A stretch of DNA of 64,000 bases, from the NCBI GenBank assembly GCA_012862495.1, contig BLSG01000084.1:72526-136525 (forward strand). Direction: 5' to 3'. This DNA is from Thraustochytrium aureum. Its lineage: Eukaryota. A program made the position numbers and the translations under genes. The notes below the pieces were generated by a model, which ran no database searches, was not told the DNA's origin, and was given only the letters and a program-made list of their open reading frames with translations. Positions 42,992 to 56,231 of this stretch are shown here, piece after piece. The first letter of the stretch is position 1. Each line of letters opens with the position of its first letter.

Positions 42992-44631
42992 ATGGCGGAC
43001 GAGGAGAATGCCAACTCGACAAACGCCAAGCGCGAGACATCTCCCGCTGGTGGCCCCGCGCGGATCAGAAAGACAAGGTCTGAACCTGCATTCCTCCTGG
43101 ATCAAGATGCTGGCTTGCCTGGACTCAGCTTTCCAAGAAGAATCAATGATCAGTTCTTGAATCAAGAGAGGTGCACTGCCACATGTGGACTTGGACACAA
43201 TCCAGGGAGGACTCGAGGTCTTATTGATTGAAAGGCCAGCAGGCGCGAGGGGCTCTCCGCGACGGCTCCTCGCTAGCGCCTGGATACTATGCGCTCTTCC
43301 AAGCTCGGGGGCCTGCCGAGAGGGGCGGAGACGAACGACATGCAAGAATTGCGATGGTGATCGAGTCCATCTTTTTATTTGTTGGATACTCTTCCTACCT
43401 CTTGAGCGTTGGACAGCGTCAATCGTTTGCACATGCTTGCCGGCGTCCTTGTGCCATCCGCTGGAGCCGTTGTGCAGACCCAAACATGCTCGGGGGGCTG
43501 CGCAGCGAAGCCGAGCTAGTCCGGCCAAACATGGTCTGCAACGCCGTAGACGATAGACCGCAGAACGAGTGCGGCACGTCTGGTCGCATGCTGGAGCCTT
43601 CGGCGCGAGACGCGAGCGAGGCCTTGGCCGCGCGGATTGCGAACCGCAGGTGGAGCGACGACTGGGATGGCGCCGCTGGAGTTTCCGAAACGCTAAACCA
43701 CGGCGTTTTCGGGCGCGTCGTCGTCCTCGAGCCGCACAGACTCCTGAAAACGCGCGAGACGGTCGCCAAAGTGGCCGCTGCAGGCCGCGAGAAGGTCCTG
43801 GAGCGCGAGATCGCCACCCTCGGCAGATTTAGCAGCCAGTTTGTAATTACGCTCGAGGAGTGGGGCACGACCGCCGAGGGGCTGCCGTTTTACACCATGG
43901 CGTACTGTCAAGGCGGAGATCTCTTCAGTGTCCTCCGGAGCCAGCAGTTGAACGCGTCGGACGCCCGCTTTTTCCCGTCGAGCTCGCTCTTGCGCTGCAG
44001 CACGTACACGAGATGGGCATCGTCCATGGTGACGTCAAGCCCGAGAACGCGGTGATCGGCAAAGCGGCCACCTCAAGCTCATCGATTTTGGCCTCAGCTA
44101 CGAGATCGAAGCAGCATCAGAGTACAGCGGGCTCGTCGTAGCCGGGACACTAGAATACACCGCGCCAGAAGTGCTGCAACGCACCTCAGCAGGCCCCAGC
44201 CGTGATTGGTGGGCCTACGGGATGATGGTGTTTGAAATGTTCCTCGACGACCTGCCCTGGAACATGGCCGAACCAGACATCTCGGCACAAGAAAAGTGCC
44301 GTTTTATTTGCTGCGCCCCGCTCGAGGCCAGCACCCAAATTTTGACGCCAGACGTGGCCCAGGGCTTTGACTTGGCCAAGTCGATGCTCGAAAAACCGTC
44401 GAGGCACGGTGTGCCTCGCTTGCGCAGCTCAAGAGTCATCCGCTGTTTCATTCGATTGACTGGCCGCTGCCGCGGCAGGCCAGCTGGACCCTCCGTTTAT
44501 CGTCGAATGAAACCAGGGCGGCGATCTCCAATTTTGAATCAATGCGTGCCAGGTCCGCTGGCGTGGCTCCTTGCGCTCTGCCCGTCGGCGAGCGCGCGGG
44601 CGACGCTTTTGCGCACTTGATGGCGAAGTAA
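42992..44631 (+). CDS. AGC-type Ser/Thr protein kinase with multiple frameshifts (assembly errors or pseudogene)
   Basis: LNHGVFGRV, VAKV, EREI, YCQGGDLF, HGDVKPEN, HLKLIDFGLS, GTLEYTAPEV, DWWAYG, KSHPLFHSIDW and LDPPF, spread over different frames. Confidence 0.8.
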
Positions 44632-45305
44632 TTTTGCTCTTGTAATACCGAAACATGGAATTTCGATTTGATCGATTCGAGCGCGCGCTTGAGCTCAGCG
44701 TGCTTCAGCGTGCTTCACTTTGCCATGGGCTTGGTCTTGCCATGGGTTTCATCTTGCATGATTTGGCTTTGTTTCGTGTTGCCTGGGTTGGCTGTTTCAG
44801 TTGTTGAACATCGTACAAGAGAGCTGGGCCCCACTGGCTTGGCGCGCTGCGTGCAAACAAGTTGAGGCGCTTGCATTTCCTCCTTCAGCTCCAGCTCCTT
44901 CCTCGTCAATGCAATGGTCCAACCCGCCCGTGGACTTTGTGGGACGCCATCACTCCAGCGTCGCGGCTCCTAACCTAGTGGGACCCGACCCGATCGCAAC
45001 CATCTCTTTCTAGCCCGCTCTCGCTCTCTCTCTCGCTGTCGGTAGAGCGCAGCCGCCGCGGAGAGAACGACAGCGCATCAGGCGCGCCGCGCGCATGGCA
45101 AGCATGTCCGCCGTAACGGTAATCGTGGACCTCGAGCATGATCCCCAGAAGAGTGTTGGCCAGGCACTCGCAACGACAAGCCGGGAAGGAGCTCGAAGGC
45201 GAGCTGGCGGGCGACCAGGCAGGCCGATCGCACGGGCAGAGCGGCCGGTAAAGCGGCCGTTGTTGCCATTTCGGTGCCCGGGCCCCCTCCCCCGGGCTTG
45301 GCCCG

Positions 45306-47738
45306 ATGAGCGACGGCGGAGATGGTGGCGCTGGCGGCGTCAACGTCAAGGTCGCCGTGCGCGCCAGGCCTTTGAACAGCCGCGAGCGCTCGCTGGGCTG
45401 CAGCGAGTGCGTCGAGATGCAGGAAGGCGTGACGAAGATTGTGGATGAGAATGGCAAGGCCAAGTCGTTCGGGTTCGACTTTTGCTACTGGTACGACACG
45501 CCGCAGAAAACCGTGTACGAGGACCTGGCCAAGCCGATCGTGGAGGCGGCCATCGACGGGTTTAACGGCGTCATCTTTGCGTACGGGCAGACCGGGTCTG
45601 GCAAGACGCACAGCATGTAAGTTTGCCCCTGGGGAGTCGAANNNNNNNNNNNNNNNNNNNNNNNNNNNNNNNNNNNNNNNNNNNNNNNNNNNNNNNNNNN
45701 NNNNNNNNNNNNNNNNNNNNNNNNNNNNNNNNNNNNNNNNNNNNNNNNNNNNNNNNNNNNNNNNNNNNNNNNNNTGGGGAGTCGAATGGGGATCGAAGGG
45801 GGCCGGCGGCCGCGAGAATGCGGGAACCTGACCTGGACGCGTTCGCCTACGAGCAGGATGGGGTCCGGCGAGGACCTGGGCATCGTCCCTCTGATGAACC
45901 TCGAGCTGTTTGGGCTGCTAGAGGCGAAGCGGGCGCGGGAGGAGAACGAGTTTCTCGTCACAGCGTCGTACATGGAGATCTACAACGAGGTGATCCGGGA
46001 CCTGCTCAACCCGAGCGACAAGCAGCTCAAGATTCGCGAGCACCCCAAGCTCGGCGTGTACGTGGAGCAGCTTGCCGAGCTCGTGGTCGAGAGCGCCGAC
46101 GACATCGGCAAGCTGCTGGAGCAAGGCAACAACGTCAAGCAAGTGGCGGCGACGCAGATGAACGAGCGGTCTTCGCGGTCCCACTGCTGCTTCGTAGTCA
46201 ACATCAAGCAGCGCAAGGTGGACGAAGTGGGCGAGGGCGACGCCAAGGCCAAGCGGGAAACGACGCTGTCGGCCAAGGTCAACCTGGTCGACCTCGCCGG
46301 GTCGGAGCGCGCGGCCAAGACCGGCGCCGAAGGGTCCAGGCTGAAAGAGGGCGCGGCCATCAACCTCAGCCTCTCCACACTAGGCCAGGTGATCAACATG
46401 CTCGCCGAGGGCGCCGGCGGGCACATCCCCTACCGCAACTCAAAGCTGACCCGCGTGCTGCAGCAAGCGCTGGGCGGCAACGCCCGCACCGTAATGATCG
46501 CCACGGTGAGTCCCGCGGACAACAACTACCCGGAGACCCTGTCGACGCTGCAGTACGCGTCGCGGGCCAAAAAGATCAAGAACACGACCAAGCGGAACGA
46601 GGACGTGAGTCAGCGCATGATCCGCGAGCTGCGCGAAGAAGTCGAGCGACTGCGTGCCGAGATGGCGGCAATCCAGGCGCGGCGCGACGCTGGCGAGAGC
46701 GAAAGCAGGCCGAACTCGCCGGGCGGGCTGTCTGTGGCGAGCGGCGGCGACGCCGACCAACTGACCCAGATGCAAGAGACGATCGCGATGCTGGAGGAGA
46801 CCAAGAAGCGGCAGTGGGACGAGGTGCAAAAGCTGAGCAAGGCGTTCGAGGAAGAGCGCGGCAAGACGCTGAAGAACGAAAACGTGGTGCGGTCCATCAT
46901 GCAAAACGTCAAGGAAGAGCGCGCCGCATTGCTTCGTCGCCTGCGCGACCTCGAAGAGCAGCGTGCACTTTTCGCCTCATCGCTGCGTGAGACCAAGGCA
47001 GGGTACTTGAAAACAAAAGGGGCTCTGGAGCAGGACATGGGTGCCTACCAAGCCCTTGTGGCGCAAGGCGCGGACGGCGATGACGAGGCGACGCAAACGC
47101 TCTTCGCTCGGATCGAGCAGAACCGCGACATTCTCGTGCATCAGCGCACCGAGATGAAATCGCTCAAGGAACAGATCAAGTTTAACCAGGAGGAGCAGAT
47201 CGAGCTCAAGGCTGAGATGGACGCGCAAAAGGTGGTTTTGGAGGAGGACGCCGGCCTGCGCAAGGCGATTCAGGAGGAGGAGCGCGTCAAGCTTGCCGAG
47301 GAGATTGACGGGCGCCGGAAAGAGCTCATCTCCCGCGAGGTGGAGCAGGAAAAGGTCAAGATCGAGGGCCGCGTTGTCAAGCAGGTCGAGCACATGGAGC
47401 GCAAGTACCGTCGCAAGCTCACAGTGGCCCAGCGGCGCGAGGGCGAGCTTGACCACCGGTCGCACCGGCTCGAGCTCGAGAACGTCGACCTGCGCTGCGA
47501 CAACCAACTCTTGCAGACTCAGATGGAGGAGTTGGAGGCCAAGCTGGCAGAGGAGCGGCGCGCGCACGAGCAGGAGCGCGAGCTGTGGAAGGCCGAGTCG
47601 CGCCGCACGATCCAGCTCGTCGTTGCTGCGGCGCGCAAGGACCAGGAGCGTCTCGTGCAGGCCCTGCAGCGCGTCACGGCTGACTGCGTCCAGCTCTACA
47701 AGGAGAAGGCGGAGCTCGAGTCCGCTGCGATACTGTAG
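45306..47738 (+). CDS. Kinesin motor protein, kinesin-3-like; exons 45306-45616 and 45857-47738
   Basis: NVKVAVRARP, FAYGQTGSGKT, SYMEIYNE, REHPKLGVYV, NERSSRSH, LVDLAGSER, HIPYRNSKLT and ETLSTLQYA; GTAAGT...CAG intron; coiled-coil tail. Confidence 0.95.
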
Positions 47739-47978
47739 GTACTAATCGATGCTGAGTAGAGCGCAACATTTCTTGCCCGCCGCAACGGCGCGAGCGCAAG
47801 GTCGCCCAGGGCCGCAGCAAGCGGCTCCAGCCTCTGCGCCAAGTCGAACGTCAGCTTGGACTGCGGTTGTTCGTTGTTTGTTTGTTTGTTTGTTTGTTCG
47901 TTCGCAGCTTTTCCGGGAGCGCGGGATGGACTCGGAGAGGTAGGTGCTCGCTGGCGCAGGCGGCACCCGAAACGCCAA

Positions 47979-49960
47979 ATGGACGTCGAGCGCCTTGCGG
48001 AGGCAGACGCGCAACTGGGCGCCGCAGCGCCGGGCCGCGGACGCCGGCNNNNNNNNNNNNNNNNNNNNNNNNNNNNNNNNNNNNNNNNNNNNNNNNNNNN
48101 NNNNNNNNNNNNNNNNNNNNNNNNNNNNNNNNNNNNNNNNNNNNNNNNNNNNNNNNNNNNNNNNNNNNNNNNNNNNNNNNNNNNNNNNNNNNNNNNNNNN
48201 NNNNNNNNNNNNNNNNNNNNNNNNNNNNNNNNNNNNNNNNNNNNNNNNNNNNNNNNNNNNNNNNNNNNNNNNNNNNNNNNNNNNNNNNNNNNNNNNNNNN
48301 NNNNNNNNNNNNNNNNNNNNNNNNNNNNNNNNNNNNNNNNNNNNNNNNNNNNNNNNNNNNNNNNNNNNNNNNNNNNNNNNNNNNNNNNNNNNNNNNNNNN
48401 NNNNNNNNNNNNNNNNNNNNNNNNNNNNNNNNNNNNNNNNNNNNNNNNNNNNNNNNNNNNNNNNNNNNNNNNNNNNNNNNNNNNNNNNNNNNNNNNNNNN
48501 NNNNNNNNNNNNNNNNNNNNNNNNNNNNNNNNNNNNNNNNNNNNNNNNNNNNNNNNNNNNNNNNNNNNNNNNNNNNNNNNNNNNNNNNNNNNNNNNNNNN
48601 NNNNNNNNNNNNNNNNNNNNNNNNNNNNNNNNNNNNNNNNNNNNNNNNNNNNNNNNNNNNNNNNNNNNNNNNNNNNNNNNNNNNNNNNNNNNNNNNNNNN
48701 NNNNNNNNNNNNNNNNNNNNNNNNNNNNNNNNNNNNNNNNNNNNNNNNNNNNNNNNNNNNNNNNNNNNNNNNNNNNNNNNNNNNNNNNNNNNNNNNNNNN
48801 NNNNNNNNNNNNNNNNNNNNNNNNNNNNNNNNNNNNNNNNNNNNNNNNNNNNNNNNNNNNNNNNNNNNNNNNCACTGGCGATGACGCTGTCCATGGCGAC
48901 CTCGGTGGCGAAGAGGACGAGGAGGATGAGGACGGGCTGTTTGACATCGACTGGTCGGACGCGCGGTTGCCCTCCCAGGACCAGCGCGCGCTGGCAGGGA
49001 ATGCGACGCGCAAGATGCGGCGAGCGCGGACGGCGGGAACGTGGACGACGACGTCGCCGAGTGGGAGGCCATGGACGCAGCGCGGGAGCGCGAGGAGGCT
49101 CGCATGGAGGGTTCGCGGGACCTGGTCGCCCACCTTCCCGAGGGCTTTTCTGTGCGCGTTGAGCAGAGCAGCGAGGCCCTGATGGAAAGCGCCGCGGCAG
49201 GCGCGGCAAAGCCCCGCGAACGGGCGCTAATCGACGGGCTCGGGGCGGAGCATCAAGTTGTTGTTCAGGCCGCTCGCGATGCCATGATCGAGTGCGCTCA
49301 CATGCACTTGCCCATCGTGCGACGCTGGGTCCGCGTCCTCTCGCAAGTTGAGCTTGACGGCGGCTCGCGCGAGCTCGAGCGGGGAGCGTTGTTGGAGCGG
49401 AGCCTGGGCCTGAAGCGAGCTTTGCAGGACCAGCTGGCCTTGGCGGGCCGGCTCGGTCTTCGTGCCGAGGCAGGCCAGCAAACGGACTTGTGGGCGTTGA
49501 TGGAGTCGGGCGAGGCGAACGGCGTCGGGAAATCCTCCCCGGCAGCATGTTTTGCCCAGGCGGCGAGAATGCAGCATCAGTCGTTGTTGGAGATGGCCGC
49601 CATGCCAGCAGCGCCGGCTCATCCGCTGCTTTGGCGGCCGGTTCGGGCGGGCATGCGTCAGTGCAAGCGCAGAGCGGCGACAGGGTCGCCCAGGTTGACA
49701 GCGGGCTGCGCCAGCAGCGACGGCGGCAGCCAATTTCGGACCCGTTCGCTCGGATCCCAGAGCGCAAACAGAGCCAGTCAGCGCCAGGCGCAGACGCTGA
49801 CGAGGCCCGGGAGAGCGCAGCCAGGCCAAAGAAGAAGAAGGAGAAGAAGGAGAAGAAGAAGGAGAAGCGGGACAGGAAGAGGACGGAAGAGGCGTCCGGC
49901 AGCAAGAGGCGCAAACTGGCGGCGGTCCGCGAAGCCCGTCCACAAACCTCTGCTAGCTAG
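47979..49960 (+). CDS. UVSSA-like protein (partial: gap 48049-48872, frameshifts, boundaries approximate)
   Basis: Acidic linker followed by VVQAARDAMIECAHMHLPIVRRWVRVLSQV...LLERSLGLKRALQDQL, resembling the UVSSA helical segment (recalled as LIHAARD...FLPAVCSWIQRF...LKRAIDLKAEL); Lys-rich C-terminus. Confidence 0.55.
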
Positions 49961-50840
49961 AGAGCCAGAGTAGATTGATTGATGTCAAGATAGATGAAGA
50001 TCGGCACTGTGCCACGTTCGTCTGCTTTGCAGGGGAGGGCCGAGATTGCTTCCAGCAGTCGGTCCATGTGGTCAGCGAAACGGACCAGATTCTCGCCCCA
50101 CTCACTCCATCACACACACGCACCGCCTCGACAAAACCAGACGGGAGACGAGACGAGCCAGCGCTCGACACGGCACAAAACCAGACCGCAAGCCAGGAGT
50201 GCGTCCGTGCGTGCGGAGGTTGGAGGTTGGGTTGACACTCGCGGCGAGTCTCGCTCGCAGCCAAAACTTGCCAAAAGTAAGTCAGTAACACTGTCCCACT
50301 GGCGAGGCTGTTGCGGCGAGGATTGGCCCGGTCGACCGGTGTGCCACCATGCTCAGCCTGCCGGCCCTTCAGGCGCCGGGGACGGCGAGCGACGAGCAGC
50401 NNNNNNNNNNNNNNNNNNNNNNNNNNNNNNNNNNNNNNNNNNNNNNNNNNNNNNNNNNNNNNNNNNNNNNNNNNNNNNNNNNNNNNNNNNNNNNNNNNNN
50501 NNNNNNNNNNNNNNNNNNNNNNNNNNNNNNNNNNNNNNNNNNNNNNNNNNNNNNNNNNNNNNNNNNNNNNNNNNNNNNNNNNNNNNNNNNNNNTCGAGAG
50601 TGGCGCAAGCAGAGCGGGTCGAGAAGCGCGTGCCGCCATGCGCCAAGCCGTTCCATTCCATGCGCCAACTTCGCCCCGTTCCACTTGTTCGCCGGCAAGG
50701 AACGCGTCGCTTGTTCGTTGTGTGTGCGCAGCAGGTCAGGGCTCTGAGGAGGCCTATGGGAAGGAAGAGTCCGGCCCGAGCCCGTCGGAGTTGAGGGAAG
50801 CACGGTGTTGCCCTGCAGGCTCTCTCTCTGTACACTTGTC

Positions 50841-50887
50841 GGGCCTCCTGCCGCGGGCCTCCTGCCGCGGGCCTCCTGCCGCGGGCC
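50841..50887. repeat. 14-bp tandem repeat, 3 copies
   Basis: gggcctcctgccgc three times. Confidence 0.9.
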
Positions 50888-51271
50888 GGCCGATGCGGAG
50901 CTTGTAAGGCAACTGCGAGCTTCTGGAGCCACCAGAGCCAAGCCAGAGCCGTCAAGCGACAAGCCAATGGAGCCTGAGCGACTCGGAGAGGCAATCCGGG
51001 ATTCTTCTGAACTGATCGATTGGTTCGCGCCGACACCAGCGGGTCTTTCCGGATCTCGATGCGAGTGCTCGCTCGCTTGCTTGCTTGCTCCGTCGCTCGC
51101 TCCGTCGCTCGCTGTACGGCGGGCGGGTGCTGACGACAGGTCGAACCAAACGAGCACAGCTTTGGTTGGATTCAACTCGAAGGACGTGGAAGGACGCGGG
51201 CCGCTCCACGAAGGACGGGGGCCGGCAGGATCTCTACTCTGCAAGAGCCCCAGCTCGGGAGAGCGGAGCGC

Positions 51272-51319
51272 GCAACGCCGGGCAACGCCGGGCAACGCCG
51301 GGCAACGCCGGGCAACGCC
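51272..51319. repeat. 10-bp tandem repeat, ~5 copies
   Basis: gcaacgccgg repeated. Confidence 0.9.
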
Positions 51320-51355
51320 CGGTAGACGCGTTTGCTGGGCGAGATTGAGCACGAT

Positions 51356-52875
51356 CTATGGGTCGTTCTGATTCTGAATTCTGATTCTCGTTGCCAAGGA
51401 GGAGTGAGTCAATTGAACCAGGCAGGCCCTGCAGGACGTTGGAGGACACGTTGGAGTGGTGCTGAGCGATCTCGATGCGGCAGGCAGGCAAAGAGGAAAG
51501 GACGTTGGTGCTGAAATGGACGCGATTGTGGCACCAAACGAGCGCTGTCCAAGCGAGTTCCCTGGATCGGCAAGCTCCGAGGCCCTGAGGGCACGGATTG
51601 AGTGGGTGGGCTCTTCTTTCTCCCGCACCAACGACTTTCTCATCTTGTTCCTTGGGGGAAGCGAAGCCGAGTGGCAGATCAAGAACGCAGCGTACGACAG
51701 CGAGATTATCGCATCGCGTGCTAACCATAACTTGTGCTGTTGCCGACTGGGCGTGGTCTGCTAACGTCGCGCGTCGTGTGCCAGATAGCAGCATACCGCG
51801 TGTGCGGCCCCCTCTCTATTGCGAGCGAATCTGCCAGTCGTCACCAGTTGTGCCCACAGCCAGCCAGCCAGCCAGCCAATGAGCCAGCCAAGCCAGCCGG
51901 TCAACCAGCAAGCCAACCAGCAAGCCAACCGACGCTTGCAGGCGGAATGACGCACGCCCGCCCGCCTCTTTTTGTTCGAGTGTGAGCCGCTCGGCCGACA
52001 AAAGCGAACTAGAGGCTCAATCCCCTCATCGGCCTGAGATTCTGGCACTCGACAATTGGCCGCCGTTGGTCGAGTGGTACAGCACGCTCGCGGCCTCGAG
52101 TCGATAAGCCCAGGCTTAGCCGCTCCGCCTCGTGTACGCATGCCAGTGCGTTGCATGAGCAGAGCAGAGTACCTACCTGAGGCAGAAGGACATCGGTGTC
52201 GATGGTGGGTGATCGCGCCGGAAGGGCAAGCAACACGCGCTCCAGTTGCATGCTGGTGTGATGGCGTCGGCCAGAAGCCAAGTACTCAGTGAGCAGCAGG
52301 CAGGGCAGAAAAGCGAAACTCCGCTCAGGGCCTCGCCTGCAGCGCGAGTACCACCTGAATTCTGTTCTGTTCCGACCCGGTCTGTGCTGTTCTGATTGCA
52401 GCCAGCTCGTCGGCCTCCCTGCGCGACAGGCTGACGAGATTTTCGCCGTGCGGAGAGACCGTTCGCGGGTCAGCTCCCTTTGACGCCAGCCCGCCCGCGA
52501 GCCAGCCAGCCAGCCAGGCGGGCGCGAGGTCGGTTTCATTCATGGCTGTTGCGGCGCGGGAGCTTGGAGAGCGTACTTACTTGCCTACTTCCGTGACCGA
52601 TTGCTACTTCAAGTCGTTGCGTTCTCCGCCGAGACCGCGGCCGCACTGCCGTCGCGCTCTGCGGGGTATTGCGTGAGTAAATGCGGCAGCTGGCACACCA
52701 GTGCGCGACGTGCGAGCGCGTGTCTCGCGGGACCGCGCCTGGGCACTGAGGGCGGAGGGAAGAAGAAGGAGGTGGGCGCCGATAGTACTCACGTCTCACC
52801 TCGCACGCCGGCGCGTTCTTCTCATGTGCCAGAACTTGCTTGACCGCCTTGTTCACCAAAAAAGAATCTGCCATT
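51356..52875 (-). pseudogene. Possible multi-exon, degenerate Sec7-like gene or pseudogene
   Basis: Minus-strand splice signals (GTGAG ~52790, TACTCAC..CAG ~52660, GTAAGT ~52580, GTAGGT ~52176) and weak Sec7-like segments with an in-frame TAG at 51761-51763. Confidence 0.22.
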
Positions 52876-54130
52876 CCGCTTCTGCTCTGCCGCTTTTCTT
52901 TGTGTCGCTTGCGGAGGAGGAGAAGGGGCGGAAGCGACCCGATGGGTGTGGCCAGAGCGGCCTGCAACACGCCGTCTCAGGCAGAGTGACCAGCAACACG
53001 CCGTCGCCGTCTCAGGCCGAGTAGCGAGCGAGGAGTGAGTGATACGTCAGATGACCGGTCGCACGAGGAGGCTGGAGCGGCAGGCAGGCAGACGCGTTGG
53101 CAGCCGCAGCGACTGGGGCTGGCTGGCTCCAGTTGAAACGCGGTTTCCCGCCAACAAGCTTTCTCGTAGCCTTGCGTGGGACGGCCAACTCGAACGACGT
53201 GGATTCTAGCTAGCTAGCTAAGAGAGCAGAGGAGGCTGGTATGATGGTATGATGAGGAGGCACGTCGAGCCCTTGAAGCGCAATAGCCGGATGCAGCCTG
53301 GTGGCCTGCTGACTGACTGCTTCCCCCTGGCGGGCGGGCAAACGCGGTCAAGCAGGTCCTTTCTCTCCTTTGAGAGGAGGCGAAGCCGTTGACTTTTGCT
53401 GGTTTGCCTCGCTCGCTCTAGCTACTAGCTTGTAGAGTCACTGGTGGCAGCCGAACATCGCAGCGCAACGAGACTGCCACGTGCGCAAAGAGTACGGCAC
53501 ACCCCGGCCCTGTCCCACCGCAACGCAGCAGCAGCAGCAGCTGCAGCAGCAGCAGCTCACGCTGCGCGCCCTCACACACGGCACGCTGCGCAGACTCGAC
53601 AGACTCGTCGACCACTGCGGCTAGGCTTCACACCAATCGCCGCAGCGTCACTCTCGTTGCATCTGCTCTGGGCGACTCCAATCCGCCTCGGCCAAGGGGC
53701 CGGATGCAGTAAGGCGTTTCTCGCTCTCTCTCTCTCTCTTCGCGCTCTCTCGGGTGTGAACAGGGAAGGCAACGGAAGGAAGGAAGGAAGAAGAAGGAGG
53801 AAAAAAAGCCATCTCGCCCGTCGGAAGTCGGCAGGTATTGGTGGGTTGGAGGTAGTAGCTGGTACGAGCGCACCGGCCTTGTCCCCTCTCACGCGCGGCT
53901 CCTTCCTCCTTCGGCGTAAATTGTACCGGATTCTCTGCCGGGCCAGCGTGCCCGGGAATGGCAGAGCAGAGAAGCAGAGAAGCGACGACAGCCTGATCGC
54001 TAGTTGGTATCGCTGCTCGAGGAGCGCCGTGCTGGCCGTCGGTGCCTCTCTCCCTCTGTCTGTAGCCTATGTCTGTCCTTTCGCTCTTCTCTACGACTTG
54101 CAGACGGATCCTCCTCGGTGTGCCTGCCGG

Positions 54131-54161
<31 letters not shown>

Positions 54162-56231
54162 CGCCAGAGGAGCCGCTGGTCTGTGAGCCGCCGCAAGGCG
54201 GAGCGCGGCACAGTCGGCGGCGAAATGCGGGCGCCGTCGACAGTGTCTTCTGCAGAGCGAGCGAGACGGTGCGCGAGATTGGCTGGCTGCAACTGCGCAA
54301 TACGTCGACGACCAAATGCCAAGGCAACGAACTCGGCACAGCGCGCCAGCCGGATGTTGTTGTTGTTGTTTCTGCTTGACCTACTGGTCGGCGCTCACTG
54401 CTGTTTTCTTGCAAGTAGGTACTAAGTGGCGGCATGGCTGAAGAGTGCCTGTTGCTGTGTGCCCGACAGGACAAGTGCCAGCGGCTGACCTCAACATCCA
54501 TCCATCGGCGATCCGTCCGCGGCTCGTGGCCAGCGCCCTCTGCTCCATCCAGAAAGAGAGCAAGCAAAGACCATGACAAGTCGATGAAGGCGAGAAAAGA
54601 AAGGAAAAGAAAGGAAAGCGAGGGAGGCGCGGTGCTGCAACAAGTGCGCTGCTCTGCTCCAACAGTGCAGGCTGGCCGGTCGGTCCAAAGCGCAGCAGCG
54701 GCGCCCATCCGATCCGCTTCCGAAGGATTCTCTCCCGCGAGATCCACCCGGGCTGGCAAGCGTTTCTGCGCTCGTAATGCGTGATGTAGAGGCGTGCGAG
54801 GCGCGCTACGCCGCTCGGGAGGATTGGATTGGCTTTTGCTCAGGTTTTGTTTGTTCGTTCGTTTGTTTGTTTGTTTGTTTGTTCGGCGTTGGGAGGAGCC
54901 TAGGGACATACGCAATGGCAATGAAGCTTATGCCCATCCCCGAGAAGGCCCTTCCGAGGATAGCAAACAAGTGAACCAGTCCCACCACCGCCGTCCTCTC
55001 GATCCCGCGATATTCGCGCCGCGGTAGGAGGGCGGCGAGTGGCACTCTCAACGCTGAACCTCGAGCCGTGCTGAGGACGCCGTGAGGAGGCACCGAGACT
55101 GTTTGCACAGGGGTCGCTCCCCTCATGTTCTTGCACCTGCTCGGGTCCCGAGGCCCTGTGCAGGCCGCTGTGAATGAACACTTTTTTTGCACTTTTTCCA
55201 GATCAACTGCGGGCCGCCTGTGAGCGTGAGGCCGCTAGAAAGTATACATTCTCCTCCCGCCTTCCGGGAGCCAACCGTCAGTCCATCGCGGGCTTGCGAG
55301 AAAGAGAAGGTAGGCAGGTAGGTAGGCCGCGCAGAGAGGTACCTCCTTACCTACCTCCTTGCTCTGCCGATGGGCCGTTACCCGCAGCCGCTCCAGCCGC
55401 TCGTGGCGGTCGTGGCAGCTAGCAGGCCCAGTATTCATTGTCTGCTTCTGCTCGGCTGCGACCGGGCCTTTTCGGCGAGCCAGTTCGATGGGAGGTACTC
55501 TACTCCTGCACTGCTTGGGTGCAGCAGCCACTTTGGATTGAATGACAGCAAGCCGCGTTCGGCCTGCGCCCAGTTGACCCTGTGATGAGGCGGGCGATCG
55601 ATCTATTGTCAGATCTACTGCTGGCTGCACAGGGAGGACTTGGTCGTAGATAGACGGGTCGAGTCGTCTTTTTGCGTGTTGTTTGATTTCAAGAACTCAA
55701 CGATGTGACTCGATGTGGAAGGAGGAAGGAAAGAGAGTGAGCGAAAGCCACTGTCGCCTCACGCTCTCTCTCGCTCCCTCTGTCTCTCTCTCTCCGGAAC
55801 TGCGCAGGCAGCGCGGTCACTTCTTGAATCTCGTGCGGTTGAGTGCAGAGACAACTTGAAGAGTACTCGAGAAAGTCGAAGTCGTATCCGGTCTCAGCGG
55901 CGCGCTCACTGTCGCGTCCTGTATCGGTGCGAGAGCGCAGGGAAGCGCGTTCAAGGCCCTGATGAGGCCCAGGAGGCCCATTTCTCGGCTTGCGCTGTTC
56001 CTCGTCCAAGCCCAGGAGAGCGCAGAACAGAAAATCGCCTCTTCCTCTCGTGTTTCTCGACCCTCCTCCCAGACCCCAGGCTGCTGCTGCCAGTGGTACC
56101 TTTTCTTCCTTCTCACGCGCGTGAGTGTTAGGGGTGCCACCGCGCAGGCAGAATTCACGCAACCTTACCCATTCAATCTCACTCAAGTTCATTCAACATT
56201 CGTTCGATTGCCCTCCTACATGCGCACTCTG

